The position numbers and the translations under genes are program-made. A stretch of DNA of 64,000 nt. Source: the human T2T-CHM13v2.0 reference genome, Homo sapiens. The DNA lies in the NCBI RefSeq assembly GCF_009914755.1, contig NC_060926.1; one strand, written 5' to 3'. Below are positions 40,640-55,499 of the stretch, one piece after another. The first letter of the stretch is position 1; each line of letters begins with the position of its first letter. The notes beneath the pieces are model-generated. The model ran no database searches and was not told the origin of the DNA. It saw only the letters and a program-made list of their open reading frames with translations.

Positions 40640-42640
40640 ATGAACTCAGGAGGTACCACTGGGATTATTATAGGAATACATTAAATGTATGTAATAATTT
40701 GGGAGCATTTCTATGTTTGTTAGTGCATATTCCCCTTGAGAGCATGGTCACTTCTCATTTTTTCTTCAATGAATGTTTTTTAAGCAGTTTTTTTTTTTAA
40801 TTCATGTTAGTTTATTTCTGGGAAGTTTATGAACAATGTTGCTATTAAGATTAGAATAATTTTGAAAATTTCCATTCTAACATGTTTCCGTCACTATAAA
40901 GGAAAGCCATTAAGTTATATATTTATTATGTATCTAAGTAATTTACTGTATTCTCTTATCGTTTATAATTGACTTTTTTTCTAACTCGTCATAATCTAGG
41001 TTTACAAACAACTCGTATGAAAATCATGATAATTTTATTTCTTGTTTCCAAAGGTTGGTACCATTTACTTTATTCTTTTGTTATGTAGCATGACCTATAA
41101 ATGCAAAATAAAATTGAGAATAGTTATTTTTAGGAATGATTACACTCTTGTATTCGGTTTTATCATTGGTGACTGGTATTTTATCATTCATTAGGGTTTA
41201 TTTTCCTTTTTTCTGTAAAACAATTCTTACCATTGTTATTCCCAATTTATTTTTGTTCTTAAAATCGGTTATTTTAATTCAATTATTTACCATAGTCTAT
41301 CGCTACTGAGATGTTTTCTCTTTAGGATTTAACATTAGATCTTAATTTTGAAACATTTTGGCATCTCTGGAATAAACTCTATTTGGCCACAACATATTAT
41401 TATTATTACTTTAGAACACTGGTGAATTCTATTTTCTAAAATTATAATCAGGATATTTCACTCTATATTCACAGGTGACCTAAATTTTATGCTATTCGTT
41501 CAAGCTTTTATTCTATTTATATTTATATTGAAAAGTGATATGTTTGCTTTCATTTCTATCTTGTTTTATGTTAATTTTTAGTATACTCCTTTTTTCTTGT
41601 GTTTTTCTACTTTTACGGGTTTAATCAAATTATTGTTGTGTTCTGTTTATTTTGATTTGTATTTAAATTGTCCCCTATCAACAATTTGAAAATAGTAAAA
41701 TGTGTTTAACTTTCTTATTAAAACCCATACTTCTCTGTTTTGTTGAAAATAATAACACTTTGATCATTCCCCATAATGAGAGAATCTTAATATTTTACTT
41801 TCCCACTCCCTTGCACCATTTCTAAATCCTAGATTTTTTCAAATTACTTTAGAAATTTAATTTCATATTAAGTTTTTCCTTAGCGTATGCCTCTTCTCTT
41901 CTTTGTGTGTTTAACACCAACATTACATTTTGCAATCACTTTATCCTCACCCACATAAGCTCACCTACATACTTTCCTGGATTCACTGCTCACTACCTAT
42001 TTATGGTATTCTTTATATTCTACTTGTTTTAGATCTGTATTTAAATTTACTATTATTTATGCTGGGGTATATCCTTAAGTAATTTTGAATGGAAAAATAA
42101 GTAGAATACTTTGAGTTTCTATGTATCCTGGAAATTTATATGAATGATAACCTTTCAGAAAGTAGAATTTTATACCACAGTGCTTTCTCCCTCACAAGTT
42201 TATAAATGTTATTCCACTAGCTTTGAGTGTGGCATATAAGAAGTCAACATCAAACTTGTTTCTTTCCCATTATATGTAAACTTCTCTAACTGTCTGAGAA
42301 ATATATATATTTTTCTCTATCCACAGAGGCCAGAAATTTTGCAAATATATGTCTAGTTGTGGATCTTTTCATCCCCTCTGCATGGCATTTAGTCAGCCCT
42401 TTTGATCTTTTTTTTCAGATCTGGAAGCTGAAGATTATTGCTTTGATTATTGATTCCATTTCCATCTGCTCCTTTTGCTGCTTGGAATGCCGATGATAAT
42501 TTGCATGTTATTTCTCCAGGGCTGTCCTCCGTGTCTCTTATCTTTTCAGTCATGATTTACATCTCTTAGGATTTCTCCTTTGTGTTGAAACATGGTTTTG
42601 CCATTTAATCTTCTGATCACAAACCCAGATTTTCACAGTA
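40640..42640 (-). mobile_element. Very old L1M/HAL1 antisense fragments
   Basis: T-rich. CTGGAATAAACTCTATTTGGCCA and AATGTTATTCCACTAGCTT resemble reverse L1/HAL1. Confidence 0.5.
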
Positions 42641-44362
42641 TTGATTCCGTTTCCACTTTTCCTGGTGCAGCTTCTCCAGGTGGAGACACCTGCTTCAGCT
42701 TTCCAGCTATGTCTCCTTCCAGAGCTTTCTTAGCCTGCTCCTGTTACAAATGAGAGTCTCTGCAGCACACGCTTTCATCCCAGCTCTTCTGCAGTGGTGG
42801 ACTGTCAGGCAGTGAAAGATACAAGAGTGTCTCCACCAGCAGATGGAAGCTGACAGGGCTGAACGGCATCCTTTAAACTGAGGCTTAGCCCAGAGTCTTC
42901 TCCAGTGTAGAGAACCATCCTTTCCCAGCTCCATGGAAAAGGAATAATTCTGCCCTACCTGCTCATTGCCCTCAGACAATTGGTGTCAGCAGGAAAAACA
43001 TTTATTCTGGGGATGCACATAGCAAGAGGACAGATCTGTTCCTCTGTCTGCATTAGCTGGGGCGCTCCACCTGAATTAACTGTGAGTCAGAGGTTCTCAC
43101 CATGGGCTTTCCAAAGAGTCAGTGCCACATTAAATGACTCAATCATCTTAGCACTGACAACAGTGGTGCCTTGAACTTGTATCTTCTCATCAGTGAATCT
43201 GGCCATACGTAACATTTACTGTCTCATCCAGATTTGTCATTTCTAGAGCAGATTTAGGCTAGTACTTTAGGGACCTAATAGCAGGAAGGTCATAAGGGTA
43301 TATGATCAGGCCATTTTCACACATTAATGTTAATCTTTATTGTTTGGGGGAGGACTTCTTTCTCACTAAAACGTTATTCATTTTGTACAAAGTTCAAACA
43401 TTTGAGAAATATACAGTGTACTAATAGGAACATTGTATATTTAGAATATTCTCATTGCTATAATCGCACATTCCCATCCTACTCTACCCACCCCACTTCC
43501 AAATCACCATTAACGATTTGATATGATTTTTCTTAAGGTTATTTTTCTATGCATCTACTATTATAATAAGGATAAAATTTATAGTCAAAAGTTTAAATAT
43601 ATGAAATAAAAATGAGTTATCTTTACTTTTATAATGAATTCGTATCTAGCTCTGAAACCTCAGCCTACCTAATGTACTGTGATCAATTTCAGGATTAAAT
43701 ATACTGATTTCCTGATGGACTCAGGTTTATGATTCAGTCACATGCTAGCTTATGGTTTATTCCCAGGTTTTTCTCTGCCTCCACTGTTCTCTCACTTATT
43801 CTGTGTTCTTATGGGTTTGCGAGCTTGCTGCCCAATAGGGTTAGTAAGAAGGAAGAGATCATTCTTTAGACTGGAGCCATTGTTAGGCAGCAGGACTCTG
43901 CAGATCTGTCACTCACATCTGCCCCCACATTTCCTAGAGCTTCCTCAGCTTTCAGCCCAGCTGGTGTTTTCTGCGTAGGGCTTCTTTGGAGATTTCCACC
44001 ACATAGGCTGACAATCCATGAAGTGGGCTGTCTGCTCCTCACTGCTGCTATGATTTTACCCTCACACTATGATTCTGCAAATTCTTCGCAGGCCTCCTGG
44101 TCCTTCCTCTCTGTTACTTCTATATCTCACTCAGGAACAATTTAACTCTCTCTACTCCTTGTAGAAGCCAAAGGAAATGCTCTCCTATATCCTTTTTCTC
44201 CTATCTCCACAGCCAAAGAGCCATTTCTTCTGTTCTTTCATACCTTATTGTCCTTGAATACTTCAACTAGCTTCCCCCTTAAAGAATTACCTACAGGCTT
44301 CCTTACTCTTAGATCCTCTCAAACAACAAGGGGAGATCTGGTTTTCTTCTGTCTCCACTCCC

Positions 44363-44364
<2 letters not shown>

Positions 44365-44412
<48 letters not shown>

Positions 44413-44418
44413 TGTGTG
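44365..44418. repeat. (TG)n microsatellite, ~27 units with one interruption
   Basis: Seen directly. Confidence 0.97.
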
Positions 44419-44723
44419 AATGTCCATTAGTGGGGTAGAAGGCAGGAAAAAGCAACAAACTTAAACACTCCATTTTATCCCAATTCTCCCTCCTTTTTTG
44501 CCAAAGTCAGCTACCCTCTTTTCATGCTTTACCAACGCATCTTTCCTTTCACACTAGGAAAGAAGAACAAAACTAATAGTTGCCATAACAAATTATGGGC
44601 ATCAAAATATTAGTCTATCACAAATTAAAACCTTACATAGCAATAAAACATACCAACACTTTATTGTTGCACTCTCAGATATGCAAAGATTCCAGTATAC
44701 ATAAGCTTTTTCCCTCACCCAAA

Positions 44724-44819
44724 TTACACAAATATTGCATGGAATGTACTAAACAATTCTTCATAGTTTATTTGAAATTCAAATGTATCTGGGTATCCTG
44801 TATTTTATCTGGAATCTCT
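44724..44819. mobile_element. MER53 half element
   Basis: CAAATATTGCATGG...TGAAATTCAAATGTATCTGGGTATCCTGTATTTTATCTGG is homologous to the right arm of the element at 25533-25713. Confidence 0.75.
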
Positions 44820-47049
44820 CAATAGTCCCTTATAAATGAATAGGCTCTTGACCAGCCTGCATTCTCATTCATCTGTATATTACCCTGTGGGATAAAACAC
44901 GCACAGTGCCAGCCTTTCTTCTCTATGCTCCATTGTCTTCAGAATTCTAATTTGGTAATTCAGCATTTGGTTGGTTGGTTGGTTTTCAGTACCTTCAAGC
45001 AAATTTTCAAAATATATTTTATCTATTATCCACTTGGTCTCAGAGAGAGGGTTGACATTGAATTGCCTATCATATCTAGAAAACATGGGTTCCCTTGTTT
45101 ATTTCTAAACCTGTTCCATACTGTGATCTACAAGGTGTCAAAGTGTTGCTACCCATGTGACCTCAGGAGTTATATTTTTGAACAAAACAATCATCCTAGA
45201 AACAAAGTAAAGTAGTAGGCCCAGCCCCAGGCACTGTACTGGCTGTGAGGGCTTCTCATTAAGGGAGGGTACCTCCAAGGACATAGTGTGTATGGCAGCC
45301 GATCTCAGAGGGATAAGTCACCTCCGGACTACTTCTAGCTCTTCTATTAAGCACTGAAACTTTGACCTCCAGAAAATCAATAAATCTTCTTCTCTCCTCC
45401 TCCCAAAATGTTTCACTAAACTTGAGAATTTGAGGACTCCTCCAGTTTCTGGTAAAGTATGGATTTTTCCGAAAAGACTGAACTGCTCTAGTGAAACCGA
45501 GGCTCCAAGCTGCACTCTACACACACAAATGGTTCCATCCAGAGTCCTGCTGATATATGCTATAGAGTCAAGGTGGGCAACCTCCCACTTGATCATACAT
45601 CCTTCAGGTAACGTTAGACATTCAGCCACAGAAACAAAGGGATTGTTATAAAGCCATGTTCAATTCCAAAGTATGCCCTGTAAACTGCTATCTAATGTTA
45701 ACAGACTGGTAACATTTCAAGGGTATGTTTTAACCACAGCTCCTTTACAATAAGATCATATTATACATTCTATGTTGCAATTTGATTTCATATCTTTGTG
45801 AAATCTTATGTACATACATATAGTCCTGTCTTATTCCTTTTAACATATGAAATGTTTAATTGCATTAATATGCCATAGTTTGACATTATGTTAAAATTCA
45901 AAATTGACAAAGTTTTTCTTATAGTCTTATAAAAAAACATCTTACTACATATATTTAATTTGATAGAATAATGTAACTGAGAAAAATGGTTTGTTTCTTC
46001 TAGTCTCTCAAATTAATATCTGGGCATATTTAAGCATTAGCAGACCAGCGGCAGCTTTATCAGCATTTATCCTGAAATTACATCCCAGTCATATTGCAAA
46101 CCTGCACAGGCTACATGGCTCTGGGAGCCAGAGGGTTGTTCATTATTGTTTTCCTTGTCCCTAGTCGGCCTTCTTCACATTCCCTGTGGCAGCTACTCTA
46201 AGACGCTATGATCCCTTTTAAGCCTGCTTTCCCAGCTCTTCACACTAAGTTCTCAATATTGCCTTGTGTTCCACAGGGAAAACAGAAATATTTGAGCAGA
46301 ACCCTCACCTTACTTTACTGCAACCTCTGACTGGCTTGAAACATTCTCATCCTTTTTGCTAGTGTCCTGTCTGAGCAAAAGTACTTGTCTTCTCCACCTG
46401 AACTCTATGAGATGGTCAGATGCCACAAGAGAATTCAAATAAATGTGTAGATACCCAGTCGATAAACTACATGTAAAGTTAACATGAGTGCCTGGCCTGG
46501 AAGGCCTGAAATGGAAGAAAACTGCACATGGAGAGGAGAAAGGGGGGAAAGATAAACAATATATTAACAACACTACCCCGAAAATAACAGGACTTCCTGA
46601 TATTAAAGAGTGAAATAAAGTTGGAGAATTCAAGCAGAGATCTCCTTCAGTGCCTAATAATACTTAACATTCTGAATGACAAGGGTGTGTGATATTAGCT
46701 GTGATTTTATAGAACTGAGACAATAAGAGGACTTCTCAAACAACAGAAAAAAAAAATTTTGTCCTTATTAAGCCCGAACCACAGATTACTTGTTCCAATA
46801 TTAAAGATTATTTCTCCTTTTAAATGAGTACATGTATGATGTGAAATGTTCTTTAAAAGACATTGCAATTATCCAAATAAAGCACAGCGATACATTTTGG
46901 AAAATGTAGCCACACATCACAAGGTTATACACATTTCTCAACATACAGATTATATGTTACAGTATTTAAATATTAAGGGACCGGAATCCACTACTCTTTG
47001 TGGATCCTTAGGGAGCCTGTGTGAGGAGTTATTTGGGCTTGGCAGTCAA

Positions 47050-47290
47050 GAAAAAGTGCTTTGAAGTTAAGCAAACCTGGATTCTAATCCCAACTAGACC
47101 ACTTGTACAACCTTCTACAGATTACTGAAATGACTTATAAGTACTTTTCCAAGCCATGGTTTTCTCCTGCATAAATAGGGCTGAGAACATCTACCTCATA
47201 GCATTGGCGTTATGAAGATGAAATAAGCTCATATAGACCACATAGCTCAGCATATAATTCCATTAATAAATAGTAGCTATTATGATTAGT
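47050..47290 (+). mobile_element. MIR SINE
   Basis: AAACCTGGATTCTAATCCCAACT...CTACCTCATAGC...AATAAATAGTAGCTATTAT. Confidence 0.75.
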
Positions 47291-50112
47291 ATCATTAGAA
47301 ATAATTATTTAAAACTAACATCAGTTGCATATACATGGTTTAAGTGTGTTCCGATATGTTTTAAAAGTTTGTTTAAATTTAACTCAGTTTCTGAAATACT
47401 AACTAGGCTATGACTTCCTTTATTTACTAAATGTAAAATGTATTTAAGTGGGATCAGACTAAAATACACATTTTATTTATGCGTATTTGATGATGAAGAT
47501 TTATAACTTCATATGTGTATTGCTATACATGTATTGCTATTATACATGAGGAAATACCACGATATAGAAGCAGAGAGCCTGGGAAGCCCCAGAGGTTAGC
47601 AGCAGAAGATAAGTGGAGCTAGAGAGAGAATAGTAGCACCTTAGAATAGCACAAGCTGTGATGATGCTCCAGGAACATGCATTTGAAGGCAGTTATGTTT
47701 CCTCTAATTTTGTTTTACTTTTTCATGCTTGCCATCCCTGAAAATATTATTAAAAAAACTAATAAGGCTTTCTAAATGACTGGTGTTGGTAAGTAGTCAA
47801 ATATTTAGAGGCCAACGGTCTTTAATCACCTAAGTGCTTTTCTATGAATACTGATGTGACAAAGGTTCATATTTAATTGATTCCAAAGTGACTCTATGCT
47901 AAGTAATGGTTCACTAAAGAATTTGAGAGCCTAGTTACTACCAATTAAAAAGTATACATCTTCTTCTATGTCAGAGTTGTTACCAGACGTGTCAGAGCAA
48001 GTCACCAGGTCAACAAGACAAGGTGGACAGAAGTAGTAAACATAAGCATGTCTGTATGCATTTGTGCAGCTGTGGGAGGAAAGATGGAGAAGCAGCGACT
48101 TCCAATTATTTTTAAAATTTGTCTTATAGATCTAAGTAAATTTCCTTTGAAAGGCCCTAGTTGACTTCATCAAAATGTTACATTTTGAGGATTAAATACA
48201 AGAAAGCCAGCGTAATCTAAGTTTACCAATTACTGATACTAGAAATAAATGTTTTGTTGCAGCATAATGAATCCGAACAAGGCCTGTGTAGTCCTCTAAT
48301 CTTGCTAAAGGGCACATATATATTTCAGATATTCATAAATATTTCCTCTACTATTAGCACTTTTTATTATTGCAAAAGCTAAATGTAAATCTCAGAAGCT
48401 CTATTCCATTAATGTGTAAAATTACCATCTTCTCACATCGACCTATCACTGCAATCATTATTCTAACCAGAAGCATGCTAGAATGGTTTGAAAGCCAGAA
48501 GAGAGTAATCAGTGATTTAAATCACTTGTCCTATTACCTATTCACAGAAACCACCAAGAGAAGTTAGTTGACTTTTAGGAGAATCAGAGCAGCTGGAAAG
48601 AAAGATAAGGAGACAGGAACTTGTGGTGAATGCCTATTTTCACTGAGCTTTTCTGTGAAGTTTAATGAAAAGAATGTTGTATTCTTTAAAGACATTTTAA
48701 TTCCATTTTCATAAAGGTGGAGGAGAGTATGTATGATGCCATTTCTTTAACAAATACTGTATTTATGATAAATATTAAATTCAGCCAACGTTGCCAAGTA
48801 ATCATCCACCTAGGTAATGCATTACTATTATGTTTAGCAAAGTCCTTCATATATGAATTTAAATTATCTTAAATCACACAGCTGTTGTATGTTTCACATT
48901 TAATTATTGCTTTGATGATTATAGTAAAGAAAGGCTCTCCTCTTATACCTCCCCAGACACATATAAATAAACATAAGCATGGGAATATATATAGGCATGT
49001 CAGAAGAACACTAATATACTTTAAAAGTTTAGTTTTGCTGTTTACAGATGAGTACAGTAGCTTTTTGAAGTGCATTCTTCTAAAAAAGACAATTCTTCAA
49101 CCCATCCCAAATAGCAATTAAACTTTTGAGGACTAATGACATGAAGAAAACAGTCACTCTCTTTAGTTTTCCTAAATGTTTTAACTAAATGGAAAAAAAA
49201 ATAAGTGACGGTTTGGTCAGTTAAAACTTTTAAAAAATTATTTCTTTGTTGAGAAAGATGTTATTATTTTATTCAATATATAGGTTTCATGGACCTAAGA
49301 CGTGCTGCATAATATTCTCAACATTGTAAAAGGTAATAAAGCTGTCAGCTCTAAGGAACCTCATCATTTGTTGAGAAAAATTAAAAATGAAATAATTCAA
49401 GAACAACAGAAACCGTAATATCAGGCACCAAAATAATTGCAAATGTTTCACAATTATAAAAAGGGAGCGCTTACCATGAAAATTCAGTATGTTAGAAGTC
49501 TTTAAGGAGAAGGCTGGGTTTTAATGATTTCCTAAAAGAGATTTAGGATTAGAAAGGAAGAAAAGATGGCATGCTTTCCTTTCTCAAGATTACTATTTTT
49601 GTTGAATATTTTCTATTTTCCCTTCAAATATACATTCACAATATCATATTCTAGTATAAACCAGAAACAATATACTCTTGATATCTGAAAGAGATATACT
49701 GGAGAACTTTTTAATCTTCAATCCACAAATGCTGCACTACTATAAGATGTTTCCCCATAAAATAAAGTAAAATTGATTAAGTATTTCAAGTTGCCCTTTC
49801 TGTACCTTTATAAGATTTACTGTATAGAAGAAAACTTTGAGAAACACTGCAATTGGGAGTACTGGATTCTCTTTCTGGCTCAGAGAAGGGGACACATTCA
49901 TAGAACGACCTCACCAAGATGACAAATGATGGACCTTTGGGTTACTCAACAGTTTAGAAAAATCTCTCTCCTAAGGGTTTGCACTATAATCGACGGTGAA
50001 AAAATTAATGTGCACATCTGAATCATGCCTGGAGCTTTTCAAAAATACAGATGCTGCATATGCCCTCTTGCACATTCTGAGGAGGACCGAGACATTTGCA
50101 TTTTTTTAAAGA

Positions 50113-50423
<311 letters not shown>

Positions 50424-50450
50424 TAGAACCACCTACTAAAACCACCTACA

Positions 50451-50722
50451 CAGGTTGAGCATTCCTAATCCAAAAACCCAGAATCCGAATGTTCCAAAAT
50501 CTGAATTTGTTTCATGCAGAAAATTATTTAAAATGTTAATATTAATAAAATTATCCTCAGGCTATGTGTGTAAGGTTCATATGAAACGTAAATAAATTTT
50601 GTGTTTAGGTTTGGGTCTCATCCCCTGAGATATCTCATTAGGTACATACAAATATTCCAAAATTTGAAAAAATCCCAAATGCTTCTGGTCCCAAGAATTT
50701 CAGATAAAGGATACTCAACCTG
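50451..50722. mobile_element. Tigger4/MER46 (Zombi) non-autonomous TcMar element
   Basis: Terminal inverted repeats CAGGTTGAGCATTCCT / AAGGATACTCAACCTG, followed by TA. Confidence 0.88.
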
Positions 50723-51662
50723 TACTAGAAAAGTGATCTGCCCAAATTGTCTCATTAAATCATATTAAAAATAGGTGTCTCAGAAGTATATGCAAGAGAA
50801 AATTCTGATGAGTAATTAACCCCATTCTGACATGTCAGAATTTCCTCTTGCATATCCTTCTGAAACACAAATCACTTTAAATATCTGCATTGAAACAGTT
50901 ACTTGGTTATCAAAATCAGGACAATTAAATATCAAATGCTTCCCATAAGAGATGAGTAGGTATAAAATGTCTAGAAACCTCGGAGTTATGAGGTAGTCAT
51001 GAAACTATTATTTCAGTCTTTAAGAATTGTTTTGTGTATACTCTGAACCAGTGTAGAAGACCATGTAGTGTTTTAGAGAGATAAGACAGCTTTATATTTA
51101 CATTTATTCATCATCTGTAATCATATAGTGAATAAAACCAGCTCACAGAAGAGTATTTCAAAAAGAATTTGGGTGAAATTGTATTTATTTAGGCTAACCT
51201 TGTTTAAGGAGCCCAATTGTTGCTTCTTATATATTATAGAAGTTCACCTAAGTTAAATGCCCATCTCCTGCCAATCTTAGTAATACTCATTCACTTTCCC
51301 TCCGTGTTTATCCACAAGAAAATTACTTTATAAAAAATATGCTGCTGATTCTCTGAAAAATGAAAATCTGTTTCATTGGAAATATTAGTACAAGAAATTT
51401 CTCAGGAAGTCTATAAATTTTTTCTCAAAAAAATATGTTTTCTTGGAAAGGAATATTAAATATTTAAATATGTAAACTCTTTAAATATTAGCGGGTGACA
51501 TTAATTGAAATTCAAAAACAAATAACTCAGGAAAAATTTTTATTAAATTGATGTATTAGTTTGCTATGGCTATTGTAACAAAAGACCACAAACTTGATGG
51601 CTTAAAAGAACACACATTTATTCGCATACAATTCTGAAGACAGAAGTTCAAAATCAGTTTCA

Positions 51663-52054
<392 letters not shown>

Positions 52055-52963
52055 TCAGTTTCACTGGGCTGAAATTACGGTGTTGGCAGGACTGCACTTC
52101 CTGGGTAGGGTCTAATGGAGATTGGTTTTCTTAACCTTCTCTAGCTTCTAGAGCTGCATTTCCTGCATTCCTTGGCTCAGGGTTCCTTGGCTCCATCTTC
52201 AAGGCCAGCAGCAAAGCATCTTCAAATCTCCCTCCTCTATAGTCAAATCTTTCTCTGCCTCCTTTTTATGAGGACTTATGTGATAACATCTAAAACCTAC
52301 CATAATTATCCAGGACAATCCCCCCACTCAAAGGATTGTGGATTATCTCTTAATTTAATCACATCTGCAAAGGCCCTTTTTTCATACAAGGTAGCATTTA
52401 CTGGTTCCAGGGATTAAAACCTGTTCATCTTTGAGGGCCATTATTAGCTGACTAGAGTTGAAAAGATGATTCTTTATTTATTTAGAAGAATAAACAAGTA
52501 ATAACAGATGAAAAAAATTCAAACAACAGCAAGGAGGGGAAATTTTTTTACTGGGTACTAAAATATACCTTAAACCTGCAATAATTACAGAAAAAGGCAC
52601 CAGTGTAGGTTTCCAGCTAGCCTTCTTGAAAACATGATAAAAGAATTTGTGATTTTTTAAAAAAGCATGATCAACCAATGAGGAAGAAATGGATAATTCA
52701 GAAAATATTGAGTTATGCTTTTTTTAAAAAAAATAAAGACAAATTGTATCATTGACACCATACCGTAGGAAATATTTTAGAATGCCTAAAGGTTTAAATA
52801 ATAAGTGGGAATAAAAAAGAAGTATGTTTGACAAAATTTAGGTAGACATTTAACTTGGTCACACACGAGGATATTTAACTTAGTCACACTAAATATAAAG
52901 GTAGAGGGAAAAGGCTATAAAGGCCTGAGTATACAGTCACTGAGTATACAAAAATTTTAAAAG

Positions 52964-53099
52964 ATTAGGAGAAATACCTAATGTAAATGATGGGTTGAAG
53001 GCTGCAGCAAACCACCATGGCATGTGTATACCTATGTAACAAACCTGCACGTTCTGCACACGTATCCCAGAACTTAAAGTATAATAAAAATAAATAAAA
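52964..53099 (+). mobile_element. L1PA 3' terminal fragment (~135 bp)
   Basis: TTAGGAGAAATACCTAATGTAAATGA...GTAACAAACCTGCACGTTCTGCAC...AGAACTTAAAGTATAATAAAAA. Degenerate TSD AAAATT..AAAGA. Confidence 0.94.
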
Positions 53100-53109
53100 T
53101 TGTTCAAAG

Positions 53110-53800
53110 ATTATCAACCAAAAGTGTAAACAAAATGAAAAATCAGCAATAAATCTGAAAAATCTTTGCAGTAATGTTATAGACAAGTATTTCATAGTCT
53201 TAATATAAAATTGGTCCTACATATTAATAAAAAAACTAGAATGGGAAAATGCACAAAAATTGCATAGCTAGAAAAATAAATACAAATATTTAAAACAGAT
53301 GAAAATACGATTACTCATGAGAAATCAAATAAATGCAAGTTATGGTTTTTAAAAGTGCCACTTCTTGCCTATAAAATTGCATTATTTTTGAAGAATAAAT
53401 ACTCAGTGCTGCTCATAGTATGTAAGACAGGTATTCTCAAATGCTACTCACAGGAATTCAAATTGTAATCTTTCCAGAAAGATGAAATTTTTCAACACGT
53501 ATCAAGTCTTTAAAAGGTATATTATCTTTAATCCTGTAATTCCACTTCCTATAGTGAATTCTAAAAAAATAATTAAAGGTATAAATTTTTATCTACAAAT
53601 ATGTTCCTAGTAAGGCTTCTTAAAATAATGTTAAAACGTGAAAAGAAGATATACTATAAAACAGAAGTGGTTAAATAAGCCAGTGTGATCCATGTGACCA
53701 AATAATATACAAATATTCAGTAGTTATGCCATAAATAGACTTTCAATGGGAGTAAAATACATATTGTAAACCACTAGGTTATTATTATTACATAATTCAA
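53110..53800 (+). mobile_element. Old L1ME-like fragment
   Basis: AATCCTGTAATTCCACTTCC, GTGGTTAAATAA. Confidence 0.5.
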
Positions 53801-53879
53801 AATTAAATACATATCCAAATAGAAACTCACATTGTATACAGTTGTCAGAATTTTACTACACAAATCTTATGTGGACAAG

Positions 53880-54240
53880 TGAATTCCATCAATAATAAAA
53901 TTTAATAACAACTGTAATATTGGCTCTAAAGAGACAGAGACTAAGAATGGGGATAACTGAACCTCAAGGGAAGTCTCCGTAGATACTTATGAAAGGCCTC
54001 TCTGAGGTGATGACATTTAACCTGAGATCTGAAGGAAAAAACTAAGAGACCCAGCAAAGAGTCTATTGAACAGCATTCTGGGCAGAGGGACCTGCCCATT
54101 CACAAGCTTTATGGGAGAGAAGAATGTAGCAGATTCAAGGCTTTAAAAAGAGGCCAGTGGGGCTGGAAGGAGTGGGTAAGAGCAGAGAGGCTGGGGACAT
54201 GTTGGCAGAGGTAATAAGCACGCAGATGGCATAGCCATTC
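53880..54240 (-). mobile_element. L2 antisense fragment
   Basis: GAAAGGCCTCTCTGAGGTGATGACATTTAACCTGAGATCTGAAGGA...AGCATTCTGGGCAGAGGGAC. Confidence 0.8.
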
Positions 54241-54369
54241 ACGCTACTGTGGTACTTATACCTGATGTTCATGGTTCCAGTTATTTAATATGCCATATTT
54301 GTGAATATCAGTATTCTTCAACTAAATATCAAGATTGATCAATACTTTCGGTCCAATGTTAAAAAAAAA

Positions 54370-54502
54370 TCTCATTTAACTATATTATTTCCCCATTTTA
54401 TAAGCTTTGAAAGTACCTTAGCCAAGATCACATTGCTAGCAAGTGGCAGAGTGGAATTTGAACTAGGGTTATGACAACGCAGAGCCTGTCCTTTTAGCCA
54501 CT
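54370..54502 (-). mobile_element. MIR SINE fragment
   Basis: CCAAGATCACATTGCTAGCAAGTGGCAGAGTGGAATTTGAAC. Confidence 0.75.
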
Positions 54503-55499
54503 CTTTCTTGGTGCTTTTCTAGAATATTAACACATAATTTAAAGATTGTTATTTTGTGATGAAAAAAAAACAAGTACTTCACAGAGCCATTTACTAATTG
54601 TGTCATTTTAACTGTGTGTCTCTAGGCCTCACTTATTTTTATCTCTAAGTAGGGTCAGTCACACACTCTTACTTTACAAGTAACTAATAACATACAATAT
54701 ATGCAAATGTTCTTTGTAAACTGTAATGGAGGACAGTTATCATACCTCTAAAAGAAAGGAGATTGACTCAGTGTCTGGTGACTACATGAAGAAGCTCACA
54801 GATGAAGCAACATGCATAAAATAATTTTTAAAAATTCAAGAAATAAGTTCACAATAATAACTCTAAAGACTTGCTTCAAATTACAAAGCTCCGTTAAATC
54901 AATTGTAACATTTCTGTTATTACCACATTATATGGCCATAATGAAGACAATAAATACCTGGCATTTACAGAGTTTCTTTCATCTAAATATTCCCATAGAG
55001 CTCAAACAACTTTATGTGCAAATTGATTATGAGCTATATACAGGTGAGACAGAACAGGAGTATAAATCACTCTAACAACAATGTGGCTCACTCTTCTTTC
55101 CACCAGTTTCTTTCAAGTTTACTAATTGATGGATGAATAAGAGCCAAATGTTTTTTAAAATAATAAAAATGGAAGATAATTCTAACAAGCCTCTTATCAA
55201 CGGCCCACATTCTAGCAAAAGGAGTTAGAAAGTCGAATAGTTTGATATTATAGTCATCATTTGTGTTTTAGTGATTAAGACAGGGCTATACTTCAGAAGA
55301 GAGATCAGCTTTATAAATCACCTGAATATGAGAGAAAGCACAGAACTTCCTTCCTGGCAGGCCATGGCAATGCTGGTCTATGTCTGTCTCCTGGCATTTT
55401 CCCAAACAATGAGAACCAAATGTTGATGCTTTCATTCTTTCATTGTTTTGTGTTTCAAAAGGCAGAGTCCAATTCTCACCTCATAATCTCAGTAAAATA

